From a virus (taxonomy: Duplodnaviria; Caudoviricetes), in IMG/VR virus record IMGVR_UViG_3300021387_000147: a stretch of DNA of 64,000 nucleotides, one strand, 5' to 3'. Position 1 is the first letter of the stretch, and every line of letters starts with the position of its first letter. Below are positions 9,281 to 19,134 of this stretch, in pieces. The notes under the pieces are model-generated. The model was not told the origin of the DNA. It did no database searches and saw only the letters and a program-made list of their open reading frames with translations. Position numbers and translations under genes: made by a program.

Positions 9281-9306
9281 AAAAGAGAGTCTTACGACTC
9301 TCTTTT
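9281..9306. terminator. Bidirectional intrinsic terminator
   Basis: AAAAGAGAGTC-TTAC-GACTCTCTTTT between convergent terL-N and the 1249-aa gene. Confidence 0.8.
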
Positions 9307-9309
9307 ATT

Positions 9310-12300
9310 TTATACTTCACACCATGGTTTGATTTGCTTATTAGTTGAGAAGCATTTATAACTTATAGCTTCATTAACTAAGATTGCATCTTCTTCAATA
9401 CCAGCGTTCATACCTTGACTTAATTCTGGCATATTGCCTGTACATATCAATGATGAACTATTATATAAGAAATTTAAATCTCTTCTAATATGTATTTTTG
9501 ATAGTTGACCTCTTTGTCCACCGCCAGTAGCTGTATAATAGAAGATTTCTATACTATTAGCAGATTTACCCATATATCTATTAGCTTTACTTGCTGCAGT
9601 ATAATATGGATAAAGTTTTAATGCCATATAAACATTAGAATAGTTAGATTGTAAATTGTATTTAATTTTATTGAATGTTTCAAATACAATAGTAATCTTC
9701 TTAGAATTTTGATTATCAAAGAATGCTTTATTAACTTCTGTAATTTGAGCTTCAGTAAACCATTTTTGATTATAATTAAAATCACATTCTTGATAATTAT
9801 TTTTATCAACTGTATTAGCGTATGGAACAACGAATATATCATCAAAACGTTGTTTTGGAGTCATATTATTCCAACGCTTATTCAAATCATTAGAAGAAGT
9901 TTCCCATTCATCAATATAGAAATAACCATCAGTATTTGCATTTACAGGTTCTTGGAACTTAACATAGATGATAGTTTCTGATTCTTTCTTCAAATCATCA
10001 GCATATAATTCACCAATAATCTTATCATTACCATCTCTAAATTGCATACCAGTTGGGTCAATAGTAACTGACATACCGTATGCATTTGAACGAGCGCCAT
10101 TGTTTCTATCATAACCATCATCACAGTTACGTAGAATCATCTTACCTTGGTGTGCATAGAATTCAAGAGCATTATCTAACTTAGATGAAGCACGAACATT
10201 CTGGATAGTTCCCTTCATAGTTTCAATTGTCTTTAATTCAGATACACTATATTCTTTTTCATTCTGAATATAAGAATCACCATCAAAGTGACCACAACCG
10301 TAAATCAAATCAGCTGCGCAATCACGGTTATATTTACCCATAATAACCTGGTGAGCCTTACCAGAAGCCTTAGAATATTCAGCACCAATGAATGTGACGT
10401 TTTCACCACCAATTAACTTGTTATGGTGGCCACCTAAGATTACTGAGTTATTAGGTTTGATAGAGTCTTCCATTACAGACTTATTTTGATTCTTGAATGC
10501 CTGATATGGTGAATATGTGACACCTGCTGTATAGTGTTCAGAAGGTACATATTCTGACAAGTTCAATTCAGAACCGTAAGTATTGATAAATTGAGTTCTC
10601 AATCTCAACATATCTGCTGGACGACCATGTGTAGAAATAGATTCTGCACCTTCACGGAATGAAGTACCAGATAGACCTGAACCACCAGAATATTCACCAG
10701 CTAGAACTGAGTCAAGAATACCTGTATTATGTTCAGAGATTGCCCAAGAAGTACCATTCAATCCTAATTCTTCATCAGAATAATCAGAGTGACCATCTAC
10801 CTTAGAATAGATAGAGTTTAATAGTCTTACTTCTCTTGCATTATATAACTTAGAACCATCTGAACCAATAATTGAAGAACCCTTAACACGTACTGGACCT
10901 GGGTCTACAACACTATCATTAGAACGTAAACCGTATGTATCAACAATCAAGTTATCAGAACAACCAAATAGAGTTGCATAAGATGCATTCATGATATAGT
11001 TATTGTTAGACTGATTATCAGATGCTAGAGGTCTTTCAACACCAGAAATCTGAGTTGAACCATTTGGATATAGACCGAAGAAGCGTGCACCAATTGCAAC
11101 GTTATTCTGTGCTGAATAACCTGAGAACTTGAATGCATTATAAACTCTGTTATTTGAGGTTGCTTGCATCCAAACGTATGTTGAACTATCCATCAAATCT
11201 CTATATGCTGCACGAGCAGAGATATTATTTGTAAAGTTCATTACGTTATATCTAGAGTCCCATGTGACTTTTGCCTGATTGGTATTGACTAAGAAGTTTT
11301 CAGAACAGTTTTGGTCAATTACGTTTTCATTTGCACGAATCAACATATTCTGCATGGTATTTCCACTCAATGCATTATCTCTTGCATTGAATAGAATATT
11401 CTGTTTAGCATTACCAAATGCAGAGTTTGTATATGCACAAATAAATGTATTATCAGATGCATTATCACCGATATGGTTAGAGAAACCATTAATCATTGTC
11501 AATGCATCTACTGCTGACAAATTGTTTCTCTTAGAATTCAAGATAAATGCATTATGAAGACCATTTGTCAATAGGTTTTCATCAGAATTTATCAATGTAT
11601 TATTTGCAACACCATAACTTGCTCTGTTTCTATTAGAGTCAATAAACATGTTATTGTTCATTGAAGCACCTTCTACGAAGGAGTTTCCATGAGACTTAAA
11701 TAATACGTTTGGTTCACCATAATTTGGCTGAGTAGCACTATTATCGAATGAGAATAGGTATCTATCCTTTGTATATTGGTTTTTGAAGTTATCTCTACCA
11801 AATATATCGACTGCTACGAAATCATTTTCTGGTAAGTGACCTAGAATAAATGTAGGTGACTCTGGTGATGCATCCTTTCCTAATAGAGAATATGGAGATA
11901 CACCAATACCATTTAACTGCATACCTGCACAGTATGCTTCAATATCTTCTTTCAAAGATGATGTTGCTTTGACAGTAGTCAACAGATATTGAGGAATATA
12001 TTTTCCACCATCTTCTGGATATTTGTTAATACCATGGAATAGAGCTGCAGCGTTAAATTGGTTTTCTGCATCATCAGCATCAATACAGTCAGCAGCCACA
12101 ATTGACTTATCAATTGCGATTGAACCATCTTGGTCTAATTGTAATTCATCTAATACAGGTTTATCATAACCAATAGCTACACCACCTCTAATAGTCTTTA
12201 GACCATTATTGATTAAGTATAACTTCTGAGCAGTTCCAGAAACAGCAGATGGAATATCAAATGACCATTCTCCTTCATTTATTTGTTTTGGAGAAATATC

Positions 12301-13059
12301 TTCTTCATCTTTATCTTCTCTGACAGTAAATCTTAATTGTGTTTGGAAAGATACATATTTATTCTGGTTAGCTAAAATCTGAACACCACCATCATAAATA
12401 CCAGTTGATTTTTCAACCTTACCATCAAACTGTGCGAAAGCAACAATAGAAGCTTTTTGAACTTCATTTACATTAAAAGTTGCATCATCAGTTTCAGCAT
12501 ATTGCTTACCAATTAGAGCAATATGAGAGAAAGCCAAATCCTTTGTTATATTACATGACAAATAAGTTCTATCAAAGTTGAATCTATATAGACCATAAGG
12601 AACTGTACTACCATCTTCTTGTTTCTTCAACATGAATTCATTTGTTGGAACATAATACATTCCAAACAAATTTTCTGAGTAGTTTTCTAATGCTTCTGTA
12701 TATTGGTCTTCATTTATAGGTGAAACTGAATTAGGACTCTTAATCTTATATGATACGTTCTTTAAAACGAAAGAAATGTTATTTTGTAGGAGTGTTTTAT
12801 CTTGTAAAACATCCATAATAGATAATTTCTTATCTTTAGCTATACTGTCAATATAATGAACATATCCTGAAAATCCTTTAAATGTTTTCTTATTGACAAC
12901 GAATTCTTCATCGTCAGCAATAAAAGGTAAACCTTGGACGAACATATATCCAAGTATAGCAAATTTAATACCACCTTCTTGTGATATTAAAAGATGTCTA
13001 CCTTCATTTGTGAATACGAATTCACTTTTAACAATTTTGTATTTATCTGTATCTGCCAT
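9310..13059 (-). CDS. Large virion protein, probable tail fibre/baseplate protein with beta-helix-like repeats
   Basis: 1249 aa; central Asn-rich ~16-aa quasi-repeats (NNTLINSDENLL..NAFILNSKRNNL..); late promoter TATAAATA at 13075-13082. Confidence 0.55.
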   Translation of the reverse strand: MADTDKYKIVKSEFVFTNEGRHLLISQEGGIKFAILGYMFVQGLPFIADDEEFVVNKKTFKGFSGYVHYIDSIAKDKKLSIMDVLQDKTLLQNNISFVLKNVSYKIKSPNSVSPINEDQYTEALENYSENLFGMYYVPTNEFMLKKQEDGSTVPYGLYRFNFDRTYLSCNITKDLAFSHIALIGKQYAETDDATFNVNEVQKASIVAFAQFDGKVEKSTGIYDGGVQILANQNKYVSFQTQLRFTVREDKDEEDISPKQINEGEWSFDIPSAVSGTAQKLYLINNGLKTIRGGVAIGYDKPVLDELQLDQDGSIAIDKSIVAADCIDADDAENQFNAAALFHGINKYPEDGGKYIPQYLLTTVKATSSLKEDIEAYCAGMQLNGIGVSPYSLLGKDASPESPTFILGHLPENDFVAVDIFGRDNFKNQYTKDRYLFSFDNSATQPNYGEPNVLFKSHGNSFVEGASMNNNMFIDSNRNRASYGVANNTLINSDENLLTNGLHNAFILNSKRNNLSAVDALTMINGFSNHIGDNASDNTFICAYTNSAFGNAKQNILFNARDNALSGNTMQNMLIRANENVIDQNCSENFLVNTNQAKVTWDSRYNVMNFTNNISARAAYRDLMDSSTYVWMQATSNNRVYNAFKFSGYSAQNNVAIGARFFGLYPNGSTQISGVERPLASDNQSNNNYIMNASYATLFGCSDNLIVDTYGLRSNDSVVDPGPVRVKGSSIIGSDGSKLYNAREVRLLNSIYSKVDGHSDYSDEELGLNGTSWAISEHNTGILDSVLAGEYSGGSGLSGTSFREGAESISTHGRPADMLRLRTQFINTYGSELNLSEYVPSEHYTAGVTYSPYQAFKNQNKSVMEDSIKPNNSVILGGHHNKLIGGENVTFIGAEYSKASGKAHQVIMGKYNRDCAADLIYGCGHFDGDSYIQNEKEYSVSELKTIETMKGTIQNVRASSKLDNALEFYAHQGKMILRNCDDGYDRNNGARSNAYGMSVTIDPTGMQFRDGNDKIIGELYADDLKKESETIIYVKFQEPVNANTDGYFYIDEWETSSNDLNKRWNNMTPKQRFDDIFVVPYANTVDKNNYQECDFNYNQKWFTEAQITEVNKAFFDNQNSKKITIVFETFNKIKYNLQSNYSNVYMALKLYPYYTAASKANRYMGKSANSIEIFYYTATGGGQRGQLSKIHIRRDLNFLYNSSSLICTGNMPELSQGMNAGIEEDAILVNEAISYKCFSTNKQIKPWCEV

Positions 13060-13094
13060 ATAATTCCTCTAATTTATTTATACAGATTAAAAAC

Positions 13095-13946
13095 TTACCA
13101 ACCATTAAATGGATCTATATCTGTTCTTTGATTAACTGGTACTTTTGGAACATATTGAACATGAGAATTCACATTATCCATTGGTTTTCCACTTGGTGTT
13201 CCATCAACTGTATCTTGTTCAATAGTTTTGTTTATTGACAACATATCAGATGATGCATCAACTACACTAGTCTTATCGTGAGTTTCTGTCTTTGTATCTA
13301 AATTAAATGTTTCACCTAATTCTGCATAACTTCTGAAGTCATCCATATTATCTGTATTTACATTATCTGCATCTACAAATTCATGATTATTTCTCCAGAC
13401 TCTTAATGAGAATTGATATGTTATTGGTGCACCTAAAAAGGTACTACCTTCCGCAAATTTCTTCACATTTATTACTTCATAATATATTCCATTATAATAC
13501 ATGTATATTATATCACCAATTTTTGGAATATATGATGGATATTTTGCTGATTTATCATCATAGTCAATCTGTGATGCTTCATCAAAATGTGCAATACTAC
13601 ACATACATGTTATGATTTCTGTATAAACCATGCCTTGCAATTCATATTGTTTTTGCATACTTGGCATACTTTCTGCATACATGTTTAATTCAAATCTTCT
13701 AACTACATTTTCTAATGGGTCTTCTCCCATTATAGGGTCTCTCTTTAAGTTCATTTCTTTAATAAAGTATTGAACTTTGAAACCATAAGTATTATAAGCT
13801 TCAGCAGTTAAACTATTTAATAGTGCAACTTCACTACCATAACAATCTGAGGTACTATCAAAGTATCTCTCTTTAGTCCAGTCAGTGTTTTCTACACTAC
13901 ATGCACCACCAAATATCTTTGCCATTTCTGAAGCGTAATCTGTCAT
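13095..13946 (-). CDS. gp14: Neck/head-completion protein (gp14-like)
   Basis: EAYNTYGFKVQYF..DPIMGEDP..PKIGDIIY..YYEVINV matches T4 gp14 family pattern. Confidence 0.75.
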   Translation of the reverse strand: MTDYASEMAKIFGGACSVENTDWTKERYFDSTSDCYGSEVALLNSLTAEAYNTYGFKVQYFIKEMNLKRDPIMGEDPLENVVRRFELNMYAESMPSMQKQYELQGMVYTEIITCMCSIAHFDEASQIDYDDKSAKYPSYIPKIGDIIYMYYNGIYYEVINVKKFAEGSTFLGAPITYQFSLRVWRNNHEFVDADNVNTDNMDDFRSYAELGETFNLDTKTETHDKTSVVDASSDMLSINKTIEQDTVDGTPSGKPMDNVNSHVQYVPKVPVNQRTDIDPFNGW

Positions 13947-13976
13947 ATTATATTTATCTGATTAAAAAAGAGCCGC

Positions 13977-14474
13977 TTAACGACTCTTTTGAACTATCTC
14001 TAATATCTTCATTTTTGCATCTTCAGGAGATTTATAATGAACGAATATTCCTTTTTTCTTTTCCCATGCAGCTCCATTCTTACCAAAGTCATCTATCAAA
14101 ATTGAGTCTTTATTTGCATAGATTTCTTTACCAGTACCACGATTATTTGTCACTCCAAATGGAACTATAATGGTATGATGCAAATCTATATTAGTATGTT
14201 TCTTCAACCAATTTATCTTACCAATCTTACCATCTTTATAAGCAACTGCTGATAGAATATACAACTCTATATCTTCTTCCTTACAAAATCTATCTAACCA
14301 TTTATAAAATGATTCACCAGAAGCTGTCCATGGACAGTCTTCCCAGAATTCTGGTCCTGCTTCATGGATGATAGGCCAATTGACCTTAGTTCCTTCGATA
14401 CATTTGTATTCTTCACATTGCTTTCTAAAGTCAACAATTACTCCATCCATGTCAAGATATATAGTTGTTATCAT
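13977..14474 (-). CDS. HAD-family 5'(3')-deoxyribonucleotidase
   Basis: IYLDMDGVIVDF motif I, ILSA, K..WL, ILIDD motif IV. Confidence 0.85.
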   Translation of the reverse strand: MITTIYLDMDGVIVDFRKQCEEYKCIEGTKVNWPIIHEAGPEFWEDCPWTASGESFYKWLDRFCKEEDIELYILSAVAYKDGKIGKINWLKKHTNIDLHHTIIVPFGVTNNRGTGKEIYANKDSILIDDFGKNGAAWEKKKGIFVHYKSPEDAKMKILEIVQKSR

Positions 14475-14487
14475 AATTCCTCCATTA

Positions 14488-15168
14488 TTATTTATATTGG
14501 TCGAAATTAGACTTAATTAAACCACCAGGATGTTCATCTGTTGAATTTGTTAATGCTTGTATTTGTTCAACTGTTAATGTATGTAATTCCATTACATTGG
14601 CTTTCAAAGCCAATTCATGTCTTAACATTTCACATATTGCGTATGCATCAATCAAGTCACTTGTTGGTGCATTACCTTTCTTATCGTCAACTACAACTGG
14701 TAAATCACTTATATCAAACTTAACACCTTTATATGCTTTATATGTTTGATATGGGCGAATTTTTCCGGCATTACCTTTACCAGTAAAAAACTTCTTATGT
14801 GTTCCAGGAGGATAAAATCTTAATTTCTTTCCTTCTCTAAATAAACTCATTTTGATATTTCCTTCAAATTCTGCTAATGAAAATATCAAACCTTGTGCAC
14901 CAGATTTACCCATAGCATATTCTTCAACTGCTACTACATCACAATCTTTACACCATTTCAAAATATAATCACAAAAGAATTGGTATCTTTGATATGTGCA
15001 ACTATAATCTTTTACATTATAGTAAATCATATCAGGACTCAATTTCTGTTGTTTTAATGTGGTGACAAATCCATGACGTTCTATATTAACTACATTGAAT
15101 TTGTCATCCAATTCCATAATAACAATTCCAGAGCTGGAAATTGATAAATCTAAACCTGCAATTTTCAT
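14488..15168 (-). CDS. RuvC-like Holliday junction resolvase
   Basis: IAGLDLSISSSG, VAVEEY, KKFFTGKGNAGK, DLIDAYAI. Confidence 0.8.
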   Translation of the reverse strand: MKIAGLDLSISSSGIVIMELDDKFNVVNIERHGFVTTLKQQKLSPDMIYYNVKDYSCTYQRYQFFCDYILKWCKDCDVVAVEEYAMGKSGAQGLIFSLAEFEGNIKMSLFREGKKLRFYPPGTHKKFFTGKGNAGKIRPYQTYKAYKGVKFDISDLPVVVDDKKGNAPTSDLIDAYAICEMLRHELALKANVMELHTLTVEQIQALTNSTDEHPGGLIKSNFDQYK

Positions 15169-15197
15169 ATCACCTCACTATATACAAATATACAAAA

Positions 15198-15518
15198 TTA
15201 AATGTTAATTATTTCAACGAATTTCTTAATTTTCTTCAACATTTCTTTAAATTTTTCTATAAGTTGTTGATTTTCTAAGATAGCCGTAGTAAATTCATCA
15301 AATGTTTTTACTCTTGTATCACTTTCTGAAATAAGCTTAATACTTGCTACATGTTCACTAATTGAATTATCAACATATAATTCTTCAACTACTAAGAATA
15401 ATGTCAATCCTTTTGGACCTTGACGGAAACTCATTCTTCCTAGTTTATATCCATCATAAATTAAATCTGCACCTTTTTGGAATGTATTATATGATTTAAA
15501 ACTACCTGGTTTTATCAT
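15198..15518 (-). CDS. Hypothetical protein (possibly the 3' part of a frameshifted gene starting at 15624)
   Basis: 106-aa ORF; upstream SD-led 26-codon ORF 15544..15624 overlaps its open frame. Confidence 0.55.
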   Translation of the reverse strand: MIKPGSFKSYNTFQKGADLIYDGYKLGRMSFRQGPKGLTLFLVVEELYVDNSISEHVASIKLISESDTRVKTFDEFTTAILENQQLIEKFKEMLKKIKKFVEIINI

Positions 15519-15710
15519 GTGTCCACCGTAGTCTAATTCAATATTATTCTGAGCGCAGAATTCTTTTAACTGTTTTGATTAAATCTAATTCTTGTTTTGT
15601 ATGTGCTTGTTCATTTATATACATAAAAATCTCCTTATATTATTTATGCATAAGAAAAACCGTTAACTATGAGTTAACGGTTAAAATAATATGTAAAGAG
15701 ATGAATTATA

Positions 15711-16592
15711 TTATTTTTCGAGTTTCTTTGAAATTGCGTCCATGCGGACCTGTTTCTTATATTCTTCTATATGATTTCTAATCTTCATTTTTAATGCACT
15801 CATGATGAATGGTTCTAACTTATCGAAACGATCTTCGTATAGTTTACCAATGATATAATCACTATCTTCATCTAGAGGCTGTCCTTTCTTATGATAGAAG
15901 TTGAAGTTTTCAGACTTGGTTTCATCTGCTGGTGCTTCTTCTGATGATTCACCTTCTCCACCTTCTGTGGATTCGCCTTCACCACCTTCAGAACTTTCTC
16001 CTTCACCACCTTCTGATTCACCACCTTCTGTAGATTCTCCTTCTCCTTCGCCGCCTTCGTCTCCTCCTTCAGAGGTTTCTTCAGCAGGAGCTTCTTCTCC
16101 ACCTTCTTCAGAACCAAAATCATCCATAGCAGCGTCATCACTACCTTCTGCAGGAGCTTCTTCACCGCCTTCATCACCAGTTTCAGCATTCATTGTATCA
16201 ATCTTGTCAGTCAATGCCTGAACTGCTGTTGTAAGAGTAGTTAAAACGTCCTTTAATTCGGTAGTATCTTCTGCTTCTTTTTCTACACCATCATCTGTCT
16301 GTGTTTCAGCTTCACCTTCACCTTCTCCGAAGTCATCCAAGTTTTCACCTGAATTATCTCCACCTTCTTCTGCTGGAGCATCTCCTTCTGTTGAGTCAGT
16401 TTCTGGTTGTTCATCACCACCTTCAGTATCGTCTTCTGATGGTTCTTCTGATAAATCTTTTTCTTCTTCAGATGCTGCATCTTCAGATGGAACATCTGCA
16501 GTTTCTAAATCATCATTACCGTCTAGGAAGCCTTCGTCTAGCTTTCCGTGACGTCTTTTCCATTCTTCAAATTTCTTTTGTTCTAAATTCAT
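15711..16592 (-). CDS. Highly acidic low-complexity late protein (possible prohead core/scaffold component)
   Basis: E/G/D-rich repeats (EGGEGESTEGGE), short coiled-coil, late promoter 16619-16626. Confidence 0.5.
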   Translation of the reverse strand: MNLEQKKFEEWKRRHGKLDEGFLDGNDDLETADVPSEDAASEEEKDLSEEPSEDDTEGGDEQPETDSTEGDAPAEEGGDNSGENLDDFGEGEGEAETQTDDGVEKEAEDTTELKDVLTTLTTAVQALTDKIDTMNAETGDEGGEEAPAEGSDDAAMDDFGSEEGGEEAPAEETSEGGDEGGEGEGESTEGGESEGGEGESSEGGEGESTEGGEGESSEEAPADETKSENFNFYHKKGQPLDEDSDYIIGKLYEDRFDKLEPFIMSALKMKIRNHIEEYKKQVRMDAISKKLEK

Positions 16593-16636
16593 AACGATTT
16601 TCCTCTTTACCTATATTTTATTTATATAACTTGCGT

Positions 16637-17050
16637 TTAGATGTTATTTTTGAATACTTCGTACTCTGGGGAATTATACAATTCGTCTAATTTAGCATCT
16701 AATTCTAAAGCCTTTGTGAATGAATCTGTTGAATTACATACGACTTTCTTAAAATCTGAGTAGTAATTTGCAAATAATACTTTGTAATTATTTGACATCT
16801 TAAACAAATCCATTACTGGGAAAGGTTTAACTGATTTTAATTCTTCTAAACCTTTCTTTGGAACGTCTTTCATAGCCTTTTCAGTGACCTTAATGGCGTT
16901 CTTTAAAATTTCATCTTTCTTTGCTTCTTCTTTACCTAGTTTCAATAAACGAGGAATAACAAGCAACCAAATAAATGGATTTCCTTCCATTTTTGAAAAA
17001 TTATCATTTTTCTTTTCGTTTTCTTTTAAAAAATTTCTAAATGATTGCAT
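16637..17050 (-). CDS. Hypothetical protein with capsid-targeting-like N-terminus
   Basis: Starts MQSFRNFLKE. Confidence 0.55.
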   Translation of the reverse strand: MQSFRNFLKENEKKNDNFSKMEGNPFIWLLVIPRLLKLGKEEAKKDEILKNAIKVTEKAMKDVPKKGLEELKSVKPFPVMDLFKMSNNYKVLFANYYSDFKKVVCNSTDSFTKALELDAKLDELYNSPEYEVFKNNI

Positions 17051-17052
17051 AC

Positions 17053-17427
17053 TTAATCCTTTTCATACTTAGCGGCAATTCTTTCAAGTGCAATTGCCAT
17101 AGTATTTAATGTTGCTTTTATTTCCTTTATATCAGACTTTACATCAATCTGTTCATTCTTGATATATTCAATATCTTTATCTTGTAATTCATTCTGCAAT
17201 TGTAATTCTTGAATAGCTGTTCTCTGTGCATCTACAGTTTCTTCAAGATTCGTGATTTTTTCAGCATAATTCTTACATTTAGCTACAAGATCAGCGTTTT
17301 CTTTATCACGCTTTTCTGCAGTACCTTTACGTTCGTACTTAATTACTAAATATACAATAACAATTGCTAGCAATGCGACTATTGCTAAAGGATTACCTGT
17401 TGCGATGATTTTTAAAGCCTGTTCCAT
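17053..17427 (-). CDS. Single-TM coiled-coil protein (holin-like candidate)
   Basis: Hydrophobic LAIVALLAIVIVYLVI then long heptad pattern; late promoter 17443-17450. Confidence 0.5.
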   Translation of the reverse strand: MEQALKIIATGNPLAIVALLAIVIVYLVIKYERKGTAEKRDKENADLVAKCKNYAEKITNLEETVDAQRTAIQELQLQNELQDKDIEYIKNEQIDVKSDIKEIKATLNTMAIALERIAAKYEKD

Positions 17428-17461
17428 ATCCCTAACCTATATTATTTATAACTGTCGAAAT

Positions 17462-18337
17462 TTAACCATTATTTGGTTGTTTATCATTTTCCACAAAATA
17501 ATAATTAGTTATTTTTTGATTAAGCAGTTTTAGCTGTTCAGCAATATCTGCATTATCTTTATATTTGTCAGTTATGATATTTAATATAAGTTCTATGGAC
17601 TGCCACAATTCTACAATTGCAGCTTTTTGTCTTGAAGTTTCTTCTAATAGATTTGTATAAGATTCTTGTAATAGATTTACAGCACTTGTTTTTGCAAACC
17701 ATTCATGTTCAGGAACACATGGTTTTCCACCATACTTTTTATTTTCAATAGTGTACATTGGACGACCATTATCTAAGTAATATAGTAATTGTGTCACTGT
17801 ACTATTGAAACCTAGTGGATTTTCTGCTGAACCATCACCGATTAGTGAATATGGACTATCGTCTTGATCAACATATACTCTATTTTCATGTGCAGATAAT
17901 TCATCAATCTTATCTACTGTCCATGCAGAGAATGCTGATACATATCCTGATAATTCTGGAAGACCAGAAATTCCATTCCACATTGCACTATTTTCATATA
18001 CTGTTTCATAGCATGAATTCCATAAAGTTGCACTATATGGTAAATCCATTCCACTTATTGAAGATAAAGGACTTAAATCCAATCCTGATAAAGCAGATAC
18101 TGCACTGATATTATTCCAATTATCAATATCTTGCTGAGTCACACATACACAGTCATCTGGATGTGGAGGAGGACAACAACCCCAAGGACCAACTGATGCT
18201 GGTTCTGTATCATTCCATCCATGCCAACCTGCTGGCCATTGAGGCCAATATGGCCAATATCTTGGATATGAACCATCTTTGTGTGGTGGAGGATATGGAG
18301 GATAATGAGGATGTAATTCAAAATCTTCTTTGTTCAT
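17462..18337 (-). CDS. Hypothetical virion protein
   Basis: Pro/Trp/His-rich N-terminus, SA/SG-rich middle, C-terminal coiled coil; late promoter 18342-18349. Confidence 0.6.
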   Translation of the reverse strand: MNKEDFELHPHYPPYPPPHKDGSYPRYWPYWPQWPAGWHGWNDTEPASVGPWGCCPPPHPDDCVCVTQQDIDNWNNISAVSALSGLDLSPLSSISGMDLPYSATLWNSCYETVYENSAMWNGISGLPELSGYVSAFSAWTVDKIDELSAHENRVYVDQDDSPYSLIGDGSAENPLGFNSTVTQLLYYLDNGRPMYTIENKKYGGKPCVPEHEWFAKTSAVNLLQESYTNLLEETSRQKAAIVELWQSIELILNIITDKYKDNADIAEQLKLLNQKITNYYFVENDKQPNNG

Positions 18338-18403
18338 ATCTTATTTATAATAATAAAAAAGAGGCGCATTTTTTGCACCTCTTATAAAATTATTTAATTT
18401 ATA

Positions 18404-19099
18404 TTAGACGTACTTTGCAGCGATGTCCTGATAGATTTCCTGACGTGTTTTCTGACGAGGCTTATCTTCAGTTGCTGGTGCTGCAGGAGCTGCGGGAGCT
18501 GGATTTGCTGCAGGAGCTGGTGTTGCATCTGTCTGAGCTGGAGTTGGAGCTGCAGCTGGTGCTGGTTCTCCTTCTGACTTAACAGGTTCTCTCATACGTC
18601 TGCGACCTGGGAAATTAGGTTCATCTCCACCATTTACTGGAGCTGGGCGTTCTAAACGCTGGCGACGAGTTGTAAATGAGTCATCATCACTTGGACGTGG
18701 ACGACGTCTTACAGGTGGAACATCATCATAGAAATCATCATCCTGATCTACTGGACGAGGTCTACGACGAACTGGTGGTTCAAATTCATCACGAACACGT
18801 GGTGGACGTTCATCATAATCATCATCGAAATCATCTGCTACGCGGCGACGTGGACGTGGTTCATAATCATCCTGATAACGTCTACGTGTTGGTGTAGTGT
18901 CAAAATCATCTGCATTATCAGTGACACCATCATTTGGCTTTACATAAGAATATCCAGCATCCTTTACAATGCGCTTTGCGCGAATCAAATTCATACGATC
19001 TTCACGTTCATAGTCGTAATCACGTGCTGGCTTCTTAATTGTATAACCGTTCTGACGAACGATTCTTTTTGCTCTTAGAATATCATTTATATTATCCAT
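18404..19099 (-). CDS. Low-complexity hypothetical protein
   Basis: Duplicated RAKRIVxxxGY motif, repeated PPVRRRPRP/DDD blocks, PA-rich tail; SD GAGGTG. Confidence 0.6.
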   Translation of the reverse strand: MDNINDILRAKRIVRQNGYTIKKPARDYDYEREDRMNLIRAKRIVKDAGYSYVKPNDGVTDNADDFDTTPTRRRYQDDYEPRPRRRVADDFDDDYDERPPRVRDEFEPPVRRRPRPVDQDDDFYDDVPPVRRRPRPSDDDSFTTRRQRLERPAPVNGGDEPNFPGRRRMREPVKSEGEPAPAAAPTPAQTDATPAPAANPAPAAPAAPATEDKPRQKTRQEIYQDIAAKYV

Positions 19100-19134
19100 A
19101 ATTTATTCACCTCATTTTAAGTTGTTTAAAATAG

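Noticed and set aside
15872-16594. Overlapping alternative-frame and antisense ORFs, here and throughout the ORF track
   Set aside because: Shadows of low-complexity or biased coding sequence; no SD, promoter or motif support
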